In this document: one piece after another, positions 39,604 through 59,412 of the stretch | Position numbering within the stretch: position 1 is the stretch's first letter | How the letters are laid out: each line of letters starts with the position of its first letter | Origin: the human T2T-CHM13v2.0 reference genome, Homo sapiens | Length of the DNA: 64,000 bases | NCBI RefSeq assembly: GCF_009914755.1 | Contig: NC_060929.1 | Strand: one strand, 5' to 3' | The notes under the pieces: generated by a model | The model's input: only the letters and a program-made list of their open reading frames with translations | What the model was told of the DNA's origin: nothing | The model's database searches: none | Made by a program: the position numbers and the translations under genes

Positions 39604-41659
39604 AAATACACTTCCTGTCTAACTGAAATTTTGTACACTTTGACCAACCTGTCCTCTTTTGCAATCTCCTCCCCACTTCCAGCCTCTATTACCTACCATT
39701 CAACTCTCTACTTCTATAAATTTAACTTACAAAGTTCTACCTATAAGTGAAATTATGCAATACTCATCTTTCTGTCTGGCTTATTTCACTTAACATAATG
39801 TCCTGCAGGTTCATCCATGTTGTCACAAATAAGTAGTTTTCCTTCTTTGTAAAGGTGAAATAGTATTATATTGTTTATATGTACCAAAATTTCTGTATTC
39901 ATTCATCTGTTGTTATGCACTTAGGCTGATTTCATATCTTGTCAGTTGTGAATAATGCTTCCATGAAAATGAGAGTCCGTATACTTCTTCAACATACTCA
40001 TGTCATTTCCTTTTGATATACAAACAGAAGAGGTAGGGCTGAATCATACAGTAGTCCTACTTTTAGTTTTCTGAGAAATTTCCATGCTGTTTTCCATAAC
40101 AAGTGTACTAATTTACATCATCTCTAATAGTGTATAAGGGTTCCCTTTCTTCACATCTTCAACGGGTGTTATCTTTGGTCCTTTAGATAATAGCCATTCT
40201 AGCAAGTGAAAGATAATATTTCATTATAGTTTTAATTTTCATTTTCCTGATTATTAGTGATTTTTAGCATGTTTTCAGAAACCTGTTCGCCATTTATATA
40301 TTTTCTCCTGAGAAATGGCTATTCAGATTTTTTGCCCATTTTCTCTCATTTCATAGGTTTTTTGATTTTTTGCCCATTTTATGATTTTTTTGCCCATTTT
40401 CTCTCACTTCATAGGTTGTCTCATCACTCTCTTTATTGTTTCCTTGGCTGTGTAGAATCTTTCTAGTTTGATATGGTTCCATCTGTCTATTTTTTGCTTT
40501 TATTGCCTATGCTTTTGTTGCTATATCAGGAAAAAAAAAGATTATTGTCCAGACCAACATCATGGAGCATTTCCCCTGTTTTCTTCTACTAGTTTTACAC
40601 TCTAAGACTTACATTTGAGTCTTTAATTTATTGCAAGTTGACCTTTGAATATGGTATGACCTTTGAATATGGTGTGAGATAAACATCCAGTTTTACTCTT
40701 GTGCATGTGGATATCCAATCATACCAACACCAATTATTGAATAGATTCCCCTTTCCCCATTGTGTGTTCTTAGCACTTTTGCCAAAAATCGATTGAATGA
40801 AAATCTGTGAGTTCATTTTTGGGCTCTCTATCCTGTTCCATTTGTTAATGTGTCTGTTTGTATGCCAGTACCATGTTGTTTTGAGTACCACAGCTTTTAA
40901 TATATTTTGAAATCAGTAAGTATAATGCCTCCAGCTTTCTTCTTTCTCAAGATTGATTTGCTTATTTGGGGTCTTTCATGATTCTAGACAAATTTTGGGA
41001 TTTTTTATTTATTACTGTGAAAATGGCATTGGAATTTTGATAGGGATTACATTAAATCTGTAGATCACTTTGAGTAGTTTGGACATTTTAACAATACTAA
41101 TTCTTCCAATCCATGAACATGGGATATCTTTTCATTTATTCGTGCCTTTGACAATTTTTTCATCAATGTTTTATATTTTTCAGTGTATAGATTTTTACCT
41201 TCTCAGTTAAATATATTCCTAAGAATATTGTTTTTTATCTATTGTAAATAGTATTGTTTCCTTGCTCTCTCTCCTACATAAGTCATTATTAGTGCATACA
41301 AAAACTGCTGATTTTTATATAATGATTTTGTATATTGTACTTGTATTGAATTTATCAGCTCTAACAGTTTTTTGGAAGAGTCCATAGGGTTCTCTGTATA
41401 TGAGATCATGTCATCAGCAAACATAGACAATTAAACCTTTTTTACTATTGGGATGTCTTTCCTTTTTCTTACCTAATTGCTCTGGCAAAGACTTTCAGTA
41501 CTATATTGAATAGAAGTTTTAAGAGTGGGCATCCTTGTTTTATTTCGGATCTTAAAGAAAAACCTTTCAACTTTTCATCACTGAGTATGAAGTTAACTGT
41601 GGGTTTATCATATATGACCTTTATTGAGTTAAAAAACATTACTTTTATATCTAATTTGC
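39604..41659 (-). mobile_element. L1MA-type ORF2/3'UTR fragment, truncated at both ends
   Basis: Minus-strand ORF2 peptides (KTTWYWHTNRHINKWNRIESP; SMFADDMISYTENP) and partial L1MA 3'UTR. Confidence 0.88.
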
Positions 41660-48225
<6,566 letters not shown>

Positions 48226-49120
48226 GCATAAGACTTCATCAAATTAAAACTTTTGTGCTTCAAAGGACACTATCAAGAAATGAAAAGACAGCCCATAGGT
48301 AGCTCACCCAAATTAAAAATAGTCACAGGATTTGAATAGGTATTTCTCCAAAGAAGACACACAAATGGCCAATAAGACAAAGAAAAGATGCTCAACATCA
48401 TTAGGGGCAACATACAATTTCACACTCACCAGGATGTCTACATTTAAGACAACGGCAAGGATTGATGATAATGTGGAGAAACAGGGTCCCTCATCCATTA
48501 TTGGTAGAAATGCAAAGTGCTGCAGTCATATTGGAAAATAGTTTGGCAGGTTTTCAAGTCTTAATAATAGAGTCGCCATATGACCCAACAATTCCACTCC
48601 TAGGTGTACCCAAGATAAATAAAAACACGCCCACAAAAAACTTGCACATGAATTATCATAGCAGCATTACTCATATACTCAAAAAGTAAAGACAGTCCAT
48701 AATTCCATCAGCTGACAGGAATGAATAAACAAAGTGTCATATACTCATATAACAAAATATTATTCAGAAATAAGGATCAAGAATTTGTACATAGAACAAC
48801 ACAGGTAAACCTTGGAAACATTTACACTAAGTAAAAGAACTCAGTCACAAAAGGCTGCATATCATGTGATCCCATTTATGTGAAATGTCTAGAACAGGCA
48901 AATCTATAGTCAGAAAAATCAGAAGAAGTTGCCTGGGACTGAGTTGGAAAGGTGGCAGCAGAGAAGGAATGGGGAATGACTGCTAATGGGTATGGGGTTT
49001 TTGGAGGAAGAGAGTAATAAAACTATTTGAAAATTAATTTTGGTGATAGTTGCTCATCCTGCAAATATATTAAACAAAACTAAACTGTACACTTTAAATA
49101 AGGAAATTATATGGTATGTG
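48226..49120 (+). mobile_element. L1MB-type 3' fragment
   Basis: ORF2 end (MNRYFSKEDTQMANK) and 3'UTR 'gaatgactgctaatgggtatggggttttt'. Confidence 0.8.
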
Positions 49121-49249
49121 TGAGGTGTCATATTTTCTATTCTCTGGAAGATAAATGTTTCTTAAGAAATCTTAAAACTATAACTTCTGTGATCTGGAAA
49201 TAATCTCAATATCTTAGAAATTTTTTTAGCAGCATGTCAAAAAGACTCA

Positions 49250-49790
49250 AAGTTTGTAGTTACAAGTAACAGTGAACACAACTCCAAAAGGCTTAGCCAA
49301 CAAAATAATTCATAATCCCACATAAGCAGAACTCTAGACTAGGGTAGTATTTGAGGTTAATACGGTTGTTTAATATTTTCATTCAAATCCCAAAGTACCT
49401 TCCATTTCATCCGGTCTGTCACTGTTAACATGTTGTCTTCAGTTTAGCTTCTCTCCTAACCCTAGACAGTTGCTAAAATCTCATGTACCACATGCTGACA
49501 TGTCAAAGACAACTTGCAAAAAAAAGGATTGCTTAAAAGACTCTTTATAAAACTTTATAAACCTCAAACCCTTCCCAGAGCCTTCTGGTAGATTTACTGC
49601 CCTCACAATAGTTGTTTACAACTGCATCACATGCTTTCTCAGGGTGGATTTTGTTTAGTGTGAATTTTGTTTAGTGTAGGAGTGCATGCTGAAAAAAATT
49701 CACTCTACTGGGCTGGAGAGGGGCCTGCTCCTCTGCAGAACATGAAGTGTGGAAACAAGAAACCCAGGGAGTTCATTAGCTCAAGTAGAA
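49250..49790 (-). mobile_element. Old MLT1 (J/K-like) LTR
   Basis: 'agttacaagtaacagtgaacacaactccaaaaggcttagccaacaa'...'cccttcccagagcc...aactgcatcacatgc'. Confidence 0.5.
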
Positions 49791-50159
49791 TAGCTGCTAA
49801 TTATAATATGGAAGGATGATTATCTGCTATATATAATCATTTCATTCTTATTTCTACTCTATTAATTAAAATGTGCACTATTTTAGTTCCTTCTCACCTG
49901 AATCTATTCATTTCTAAAACATACAATATTTGGCTTTCCATTCCTGAGTTACTTCACTTAGTATTTACCTTATGCAGAAAAAAAAATGTTTACTATCTCC
50001 AGCCATTCACTCCTATAAAGTATTTTTTCTACTCTCCAATGACAGCAACTGGTTTTATGATTGTTCTTAAACTAAATAAAAAGTGATTTAGAAATTACGG
50101 TAGTAAGTTAAAGACCACTTTATCCAATTGCAAGGTTTTGCAGGCAGGAGACCAATAAA

Positions 50160-50365
50160 TAAAAAGGAGAGCAATTAAGAAAAGGAGAAGAAGAAATAGA
50201 GAAAATCAAGGAGATAAAAGAAGAGAAAGGAGGTAGAAGAAATAGAGCAGCCAGAAGAGAAGAGGAAGAGGGAGAGTAAGAAGAGATAGGGGAGGAGAAA
50301 TAAGAAGAGTAAGAAGATAAAATGAAAAAACAAAAGGAAGAAAAGAGAAAAGGAAAGATAAAGGC
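50160..50365 (+). repeat. GA-rich low-complexity tract
   Basis: About 200 bp, almost purely purine on the + strand. Confidence 0.9.
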
Positions 50366-50549
50366 AGACACATAAGACTGCAACATAAAATGTGCCATTT
50401 CTCCACACTTTGACATATAACCATATGGTAACCAATGTTGGCAGCAAAACTTTATAGCACAAAAGCCTTCATGTAAGCAAATATAAAAAGTCATTTAGAA
50501 GTTGAAGTGATCTCAGAAAGGAATGCAGGTGGTGGCAAGTCAATCGTAC

Positions 50550-50855
50550 TGTATTATAAATGTATATATATACACATATATACACACATATATAATACAT
50601 ATATATACACATATATATACACACACATATATATACACATATATACCACAGTTTCTTTATCATTGATTGATGGGCATTTGAGTTGGTTCCTTGTTTTTGC
50701 AATTGTGAATTGTGCTGCTACAAACACGCATGTGCAAGCATCTTTTTCATATAATGACTTCTTTTCCTCTGGGAAATACCCAGCAGTGGGATTGCTGGAT
50801 CAAATGGTAATTCCACTTTTAGTTCTTTAAGGAATCTCCACATTGTGTTCCATGA
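50550..50855 (-). mobile_element. L1PB-like fragment with (TA/CA)n expansion (about 50563-50646)
   Basis: 'ccacagtttctttatc...tataatgacttcttttcctctggg..atacccagcagtgggattgctggatcaaatgg'. Confidence 0.85.
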
Positions 50856-50879
50856 ATAATGGTGGTATTGTGATGGGAA

Positions 50880-51970
50880 CTGCGTTTTGAAGATAGATTG
50901 CTTTTGGGACTAACATTTCTGATACTGCTATCTATAAATATTGGAAATGAGCAAATAAATAAATAAGTGGCAAATTGTTGGAGCCAAATTTCATATTGTT
51001 GGAGTGAAAATTTACAGATAAGCCAAATAAGAAGGCTGAAGTGACTTATGTGGTGATGGATTACAGTTGAAGACATCAGTGTGAACTCATGTTTAATTTC
51101 ATAAAGATACAAGTGGTTACATAAAACAAAATTTATAGATATGTCTATATTCATGGGTTATTAATGCATATATTATCCAGCTCTGTCAGCTGAGAGGGCC
51201 TAAAAACAATGACACCCAGTAGTAATAAGCAGAATAGTGCTCAGATCTAGAGTCCTAATACTGTTCTCCAGTAAAATAAGCCAAGGCTCCTTGGAGCAAT
51301 GTCTGATTCTGAAACTTCGGCAGAAAATATAACAGATGAACTGGGAGAATTTTATTGTGCCAAAAAAGTATTAACACACTCACACAACACACACAAATAC
51401 ACACAATTATGGAGTTATGTCAAAAGGACACAGGAGTCAATTGAAAGATTTGCCAAGGGCCCAAGCTAAAACAAGTCAAGCAAAGGAAAAGAAAAAAGAA
51501 CAAAATAGTATTGGGTTATAACCCAAAGTATAAAATAAATATCTATGTACATACTTAAAAAAAATTAATAAATAAATGAATGGGAGTGAGAATAGGCAAA
51601 TCTCCTATACAGAAGAATTCCAAATAGCTAATGAAGACTCTGTGTCCTCAAATGGTGAGAGCTAACTCCTCACTTCTTAAATCTAGGCTGCATGTAGTAA
51701 CTCCTTCAGAGAATACAGTATAAAAGGGGGGGATGGATAGAGTAATATTACTCTGGAAAATTGCAGTGGAAAAACATGGCAAATGATACCTGAGCCAGGT
51801 GATCAAGGTCATTATCAGCAATCATACAGTGAAAGTACATACTCAAGATTATAAAAATAACACTTTATGCCTACAGTATTTCTCTGTAAAACCTACAACC
51901 CCAGTTTAATCATGAGAAAAACAGTAAAATACCAACAAAAAGGCACCCCACAAAAATACCTCATTGTTGT
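50880..51970 (+). mobile_element. L1MD-type 3' region
   Basis: 'ctctgtcagctgagagggcctaaaaacaatgacacccag', 'gagccaggtgatcaaggtcattatcagc', 'aaccccagtttaatcatgagaaaaaca'. Confidence 0.7.
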
Positions 51971-51974
51971 CAGT

Positions 51975-52760
<786 letters not shown>

Positions 52761-53458
52761 GGTTTCATCAGTCTTTCTATAGCTTTCAATTTGCAGTCCA
52801 TGTACCCCTGATTTAAGTAGGTAAAAATATTAGAATAGTTGATATATGGAGATAATTCATTTATCCAAGGTTTTAAAAGGTATTTTTAGAATAGGAATAT
52901 GTCAACTAAAAAAAAAAAGCTTCTGTAGCAATATACAAAAAGTTATGTTCAATATAATAATTTAAACATTTTCTATATTTAGTTTAGATCTTTACCATAT
53001 TTTTTGATGTTGACTAAATGAATATTTTAAGCCATTTTTTAACTTTTATCTAATCAAGATTCACTGTTCTGTCACAAAATAAAATTATGATGTGAATAGA
53101 ACTCATTTTTGAATACGACTCCAAGCAAATTATGAGTTTTTCTGTATGCAGTGGAATGAAACAAGTTTAAAAGTAAATCAATATACTCAAATTTACTTCA
53201 CTAGTATTTTACAGCATTTACCAGACAGTGTATCATATGACAGTTAAAGTGAATCTCTATACAACCTGATAGAATGAACTCCCAGAAGGCAATGGTATTA
53301 TTTTTTTTGTATTAAATAGGAATACTTATCTTATATTGTTCATATAATGGAATGGATTTGGTCTGTTTAATGTATGTTTCTATAAACAGCCTATTGCTAA
53401 AGAAATAAAATGTTTTAAGATAAAAGAAACTATAAGAGCATTTAAAAACCAGAAACGT

Positions 53459-53493
53459 ATCGCCTTTCAGCCTTTTGGCTAAGATCAAGTGTA
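53459..53493 (+). pseudogene. RNU2: 3'-truncated U2 snRNA retropseudogene (first ~35 nt)
   Basis: atcgcctttcagccttttggctaagatcaagtgta versus U2 5' end ATCGCTTCTCGGCCTTTTGGCTAAGATCAAGTGTA; flanked by degenerate direct repeats. Confidence 0.92.
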
Positions 53494-54659
53494 AAAATTG
53501 GAAATATGGCTAAATTATAAGCAAAAACAGGGATAGCCATAAAGAAACTGTATTAAAGTTGTACCTGAAAAGAGAACTATGACCAAATGTGCCAATTTAT
53601 CAGAGAATATCTTTCTATAATACTGACATGAATGAAAGACAACTGGAGTCCAGTGGCCTTTGGTTTTGTTATTATATTCAACATATAAAAACAGAAGGCT
53701 ATTGCACTAATTCTAGAATAAAGAGTTATTTGAATTATACCACCATATATTTCATTCAGATGACACTATATTGTGATCGTCTGCCAAATGTTCTCAGGAA
53801 TGCTTACGCTTTCTAATACGTCCTTTTCTGGGCAACTGTCTTCTAATATCTGGGTTTTTCCGAAAGTAACAATTATCCTCTGCTTTTCTGAAGGCATTAC
53901 ATGGGGGCAAGGGAGGTGAGGAAAAGCAGGTGGAGCAACAGATTTTCACTCAGAAATTCTTTCTCTCCAGGGACTTTTTGAGCCTACTGGCAGAAGAAAC
54001 CACTCTCTTCGCACTTGGAATGGTATTAATGTTTCTTCTTGCCTATTTTAATCTATCTTTCACACTACTAGACAACAAGATTCCAGAATTTTAAAATCTT
54101 AAAGAATTCAATCTTTTCCTACAACTATAGGTGAAAATTTTAATTTTGTATTGTAGAATCCTCAAATCTTAATAAGCTAAGCGAGTTTTAAATGAGTCAA
54201 TATACATTCTGTTATATTCAGCTTTTACTATTTCTCGTTATTCTTCAGTTTTTAAGTTTGGACATCAAATTTTAACTCCAGAGTAATTAATGATTAATGA
54301 AATATTCAAATTTATTTTAAATGAAATCATAACTGAATGGGGAAAGGTGCTGTAATTTTTTGTGAATATAACCGCATATTTACTTGACTCTTCTAAAACA
54401 TCTAAATTCATCACGGCTTTTTTCTACCTATTCCACCCCTTGAAAACCTCCAAAGTATCTATATTCTTTATCCCAATATTTAACTACTACACATTTCTAT
54501 AATGTCATATTCTGTAATGTGAATACATAATACATAATTACATTATCAGTACTGCTGCTAAGTAAATCACTAGCTAGAGAAGGATGTATTATTTATACCA
54601 CATAACACTTAGAATTCTACTATAGAATAAACTAGAATACAGAGCAGGTATAGGTGCTA

Positions 54660-54870
54660 TTACATGAGTTCTCACTGCTACATAGTTTTGATAATTAATT
54701 TTAACATCAATTATATGAGGTAGGCATTATTGTAGCCAATGTACAGATGTAGAATCTGAAGCTTGAAGTGGTCACATAACTTTCTGAAGATGATTCAGCC
54801 AGTCACTGAGAAGGATATAAATCAAATGCACTTTTCTTTAATCACAGCCTGTGACTTTTCTACTACACAA
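54660..54870 (-). mobile_element. MIR
   Basis: 'tatgaggtaggcattattgtagccaatgtacagatgtagaatctgaagcttg..gtggtcacataactttc'. Confidence 0.65.
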
Positions 54871-55843
54871 TACCGTATCTACACCTTTACCAAATAAGTA
54901 CTTGTTTCTACACATTCCCTTTATTTGTTCCACATGTGGATTTTTAAAACTTTACCTTAATTTTATGCTCATTAAAGAAAAATAATATATCATATTACTT
55001 TTATATTCTGTACCTTATGAAGAATCAGTATGGTTTCTGGCCATGGCAAAATGGAAGAAGGGCCTCACATTAAGTCATAATATACTCCAAAATGTCAAAA
55101 TGAAGTTTGCATGTTACAATTTATATATCCAAGAGTGAAAAATGCTGACAATCCCATACATAGTAGGGCATCACATATGGCAGAGGATGACATATAACTG
55201 GCAACCATAAATAATTTGTATTAGTTTTAAGACAATGTAAAAATTATAAATTCTTGATCTATATAGAAAGTAAAAACTAAAGTTAATTCACTCTGTGAGA
55301 AAAATTTGTCACAAATCTTCAAGGCAGGATGTGTCTTTTGCCCTGCCCCAACTTTTATGGTAGAAATCACTTTAGAAATCTATTTTAAATCTGTTCTATT
55401 TAAATGGATTTTGTAAAGTTAAATCATATGGAGTGACGCAAATTCCATTTAGATAGCGAACTCTCTTTCAAAACATAGGCAATAAACTATTCTACAGAAG
55501 ATGCAGGGTTTTATAATTTTTTTAAAAAATGTAAATTTGTTCAATTATATATAAAGCAACTGTGGATTACCAAAACATGGAATGTCATAAAACTTACAAA
55601 ATAAGTTCTTACAAAATAAAGGACTATTGACACTTACAAGTTGCATTCAAAAAATGTTGGGGGAGAAAAACTCTCAGTTGTTATGCTACTTTAATGAAAG
55701 CTAGTATTTTATCAACTGTGACTTTTTAAAAATATATTTATTGTAAGTTATGGCGGGGGGAAGACTCAAAAAAGCTGTGGAACTAGGAAAGGTTTTTAAA
55801 AAGAGAGGTTTTTCCCTTAAGTTGTTAGAAATGGAAAACTAAG

Positions 55844-56502
55844 CTTTATGGACCTGCCCCAGCGTAGGCGCCATCATGGGAGTCCACATCCACCACAACA
55901 AGGACCAAAGGTTCAGCGCAAGGAGCCCAAGAGCCAGGATATCTACCTGAGGCTGTTGGTCAAGCTGTACAGGTTTCTGGCCAGATTAACCAACTCCACA
56001 TTCAACCAGGTTGTGCTGAAGAGGTTGTTTATGAGTCGCACCAAACAGCCACCTCTGTCCCTTTGCCAGATGATCCGGATGATGAAGCTTCTCGGCCGGG
56101 AAAACAAAACGGCTGTGGTTGTGGGGACCACAATGGATGATGTGCGGGTTCAGGAGGTGCCCAAACTGAAGGTGTGTGTGCTGCGCGTGACCAGCTGGCC
56201 AGACCGCAGCAGCATCCTCAGGGTCGGGGCAAGATCCTCACTTTTGACCAGCTGGCCCTGGACTCCTGCAAGGGCTGCAGCACCGTTATGCTCTCCGATC
56301 TTCACAAGGGTCCAGAGGTGTGCTGGCATTTCAGCAAGGCCCCGGGAACCCGGCACAGCCACACCAAACCCTACTTTTGCTCCAAGGTCTGAAAGTTTGA
56401 GTGCAGTGGAGGCCTACGGGCCAGCCGAAGATATGAAAACAAACCCTGGATCCTACACTTTATTAAAATGATTTTGGATACTGACAAAAAAAAAAGAAAT
56501 TA
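55844..56502 (+). pseudogene. RPL18: Processed pseudogene of ribosomal protein L18 (symbol is the parent gene)
   Basis: Translation [39 protein letters not shown]...[10 protein letters not shown] and, in another frame, [13 protein letters not shown]. Parent ATG at 55876, frameshifts, ATTAAA at 56462, A tail, 17-bp TSD agaaatgg(a/g)aaacta(a/t)g (55827-55843, 56503-56519). Confidence 0.97.
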
Positions 56503-56538
56503 AGAAATGGGAAACTATGGCTCCTCCTTTAGTGAAAT

Positions 56539-57473
56539 TGAGAGGTGAAGCAGGCTGGGCTTCTGGGTGGGGTAGGGACTTGGGGAACTTTTCTGTCTAG
56601 CTAAAGGATTGTAAATGCACCAATCAGCGCTCTGTGTCTAGCTAAAGGTTTGTAAACGTACCAATCAGCACTCTGTAAAAATGCACCAATCAGTGTTCTG
56701 TGTCCAGCTAAAGGTTTGTAAAAACACCAATCAGCACTCTGTAAAAATGGACCAATCAGCACTCTGTAAAATGGACCAATCAGCAGGATGTGGGTGAGGC
56801 CAAATAAGGGAATAAAAGCTGGCCACCCCAACCAGCAGCAGCAACCCACTTGGGTCCCCTTCCATGCTGTGGCAGCTTTGTTCTTTTGCTCTTTGCAATA
56901 AATCTTGCTGCTACTCACTCTTTGGGTTCACACTACCTTTATGAGTTGTAACACTTAACGCAAAGTCTGCAGCTTCACTCCTGAAGTCAGAGAGACCACA
57001 AACCCGCCCGCAGGCACGAACAACTCCCGACGCGCCATCTTTAAGAGCTGTAACACTCACTGCGAAGGTCTCTGGCTTCACTCCTGAAGTCAGAGACACC
57101 GTGAACCCACCAGGAGGAACGAACAACTGTGGACGCGGCACCTTTAAGAGCTGTAACACTGACCGCGAAGGTCTGCAGCTTCACTCTTGAAGTCAGCAAG
57201 ACCACGAGTCCATCAGAAGGAAGAAACAACTCCGGACGCGCCACCTTTAAGAGCTGTAACACGCACTGTGAAGGTCTGGGCTTCACTCCTGAAGTCAAGC
57301 GAGACCACGAACCCACCAGAACGAAGAAACTCTGGACATATCTGAATATCGGAAGGAACAAACTATAGACACACCATCTTTAAGAACTGTAACACTCACC
57401 ACGAGGGTGCGCGGCTTCATTCTTGAAGTCAGCGAGAGCAGGAACGCACCAGAAGGAACAAATTCTGGGCACA
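56539..57473 (+). mobile_element. LTR12-family (ERV9) solo LTR, LTR12F-like
   Basis: 'tgagaggtgaagc.ggctgggcttctggg'...'aattctgggcaca'; perfect 4-bp TSD AAAT; U3 CCAAT repeats; five ~100-bp U5 repeats from about 56945. Confidence 0.93.
56600..56830 (+). promoter_or_regulatory. LTR12 U3 promoter: six CCAAT (NF-Y-type) boxes and AATAAAA TATA-like element
   Basis: CCAATCAG at 56620, 56661, 56686, 56727, 56752 and 56776; AATAAAA at 56811; second AATAAA (poly(A) signal position) at 56897. Activity cannot be shown from sequence. Confidence 0.6.
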
Positions 57474-57734
57474 AAATCAAAGCCTGCTAAAAGATGCCTG
57501 GAAAGGATTTTAAAAGGTTTCTTTTCCCAAAGCTTATGCAGGGCATAACAAGGATTTTCACAATTTAAAAAGAAGACTAAATTAGCGCCAAGAGAAAAAT
57601 TAAGAAAGTTTCATTTGTCAATTATGTGCATGTGCACATGCAGTGTGACATTAAATTCCATTCCAATTAGTTTATTTTATAAAGAGGGTAACTTAGTGTT
57701 GCTAATTGTGTATGGTCACCTTTTGACCTCAAGA

Positions 57735-59412
57735 CAAATTTGGCAAAAGAAGAGGAAGACCTATGCATTGCAAACTACAAAACGTCGCTGAGAGAAATTG
57801 AAGAGAATGTAGACAAATAGATACACTGTGTTCCTAGTTCAGACAACTGAATAGTGTTAAGATGTCAATTCTTCCAAAATTGATCTATACAGTTAATGCA
57901 ATCCCAATCAAAATCCCAGCTTTTTAGTAGAAATTGATAAGCTGACTCTAAATTCTATACAAAAATGAAAGGATCTAAACGTTTGAAGACAATATTGATA
58001 AAAAAGTTGGTGGATTTATACTACCTGATTATAAGAATTATTTTAAAACAACAATCAAGTATGGTACTGGCATCAAGACAGCTAATAAAAATAGAAAATG
58101 GAGTCTAAAATAAACTGACAAATCTATAGTCAACTGATTTCTAAAACACACAAAAACAATTTAATATAAAAAATCATTTCAAAAAATGTTACTGGAACAA
58201 TTCAATATCCATACTAAAACCAAATGTTATGTCCCATGGTATAAAATAATTAACCCAAAATGATCATAGACCTAAATGTAAAAAGTAAAACTGTAAAATT
58301 TCTTGAAGAAAGCATAGGTGAAAACCTTTAAGACTTTGGATTAGGTAAAAATTTCTTGGTTATGACAGCAAAAAGCATGATTCACTTTTTAAAATGATAG
58401 CACTTCATCAAAATTAAGAATATCTTCTCTTTGAAAAACATTATTAAGAAAATGAAAATAAAGGCCAACCTGGGAAAATACAGTCACAAATAACTGTCTG
58501 AAAAAGTACTTGTATTAAGAATACATTTTTTTAAAACTCAAAATATAAGCACAAACAAACCTATTAAAAATAGGCAAAATATTTGAATAGACACTTCACC
58601 AAAGTAGATACAGTAACCACATAAAAAGGTTTTTAATATCATTAGTCATTAGTTACATAGAAATTAAAACCACAATAAGGTATCACTACACACCTTTCAG
58701 AATGGCCACAATTATCAAGACAGCAGACCAAGTGTTGGTGAGAATGTAGAGCAACTGAAGCTTTCAAACACTGCTTCTTGGAAATGTAAAATGCTGCAAT
58801 CACTTTGGGAAAAAAAATTAGCTTTTTTATTTTAAAGTTAAACATATACCTGGCTTATGTCCCATATATTTTACTCGTAGATGTATATACCTAAACATAA
58901 ATCAAAGAATATCTTCATACAAAGGATTTTATATGAATGTTCATATGGTCCTTACATGCTGTTGCTCAAAACTGGAAATAACCCAAATGTCCAAAAACAG
59001 CTGACTCAATAAATGGATTATGGCATATTCATAAAAGGGAATACTATTCAGCTATAAATGTAATGAACTAAGGATGCATGTAGCAACATAGAGGACTCTC
59101 AAAATAATAATGCTGAGTGAAAAAGGCAGACAAAAGATGGTACATACTGTAGGATTCAATTTATATAAATTTATGGAAAATATAAAGTAATCTATAATGG
59201 CAAAAAGCTGTTCAGTGATTATCTTGGGTAAGCTGAATGGGATGATGTGATTACAAAGAAGGACAATGAGACTTTGCCATAATAGATATGTTCATTATCT
59301 TGATTATAGTGATGGCTTCATCAGCATATAACTAGGTCAAACATATCGAATTGCATACTTTAAATATGGGCAGTTTGTCATATATCAATTATACTTCAAT
59401 TAAGTTGTAAAA
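57735..59412 (+). mobile_element. L1ME-type ORF2 3' part and 3'UTR
   Basis: 'gttaagatgtcaattcttccaaaattgatctatacag...atcccaatcaaaatcccagc' through 'tatatcaattatacttcaat'. Confidence 0.8.

Noticed and set aside
50120-50494. Hydrophobic S/F/L-rich ORFs resembling membrane proteins
   Set aside because: Antisense reading of the GA-rich low-complexity tract.
56945-57473. Regular ~100-bp repeats that superficially resemble a CRISPR-like array
   Set aside because: They are the normal LTR12 U5 tandem repeats; no unique spacers or cas genes; eukaryotic context.
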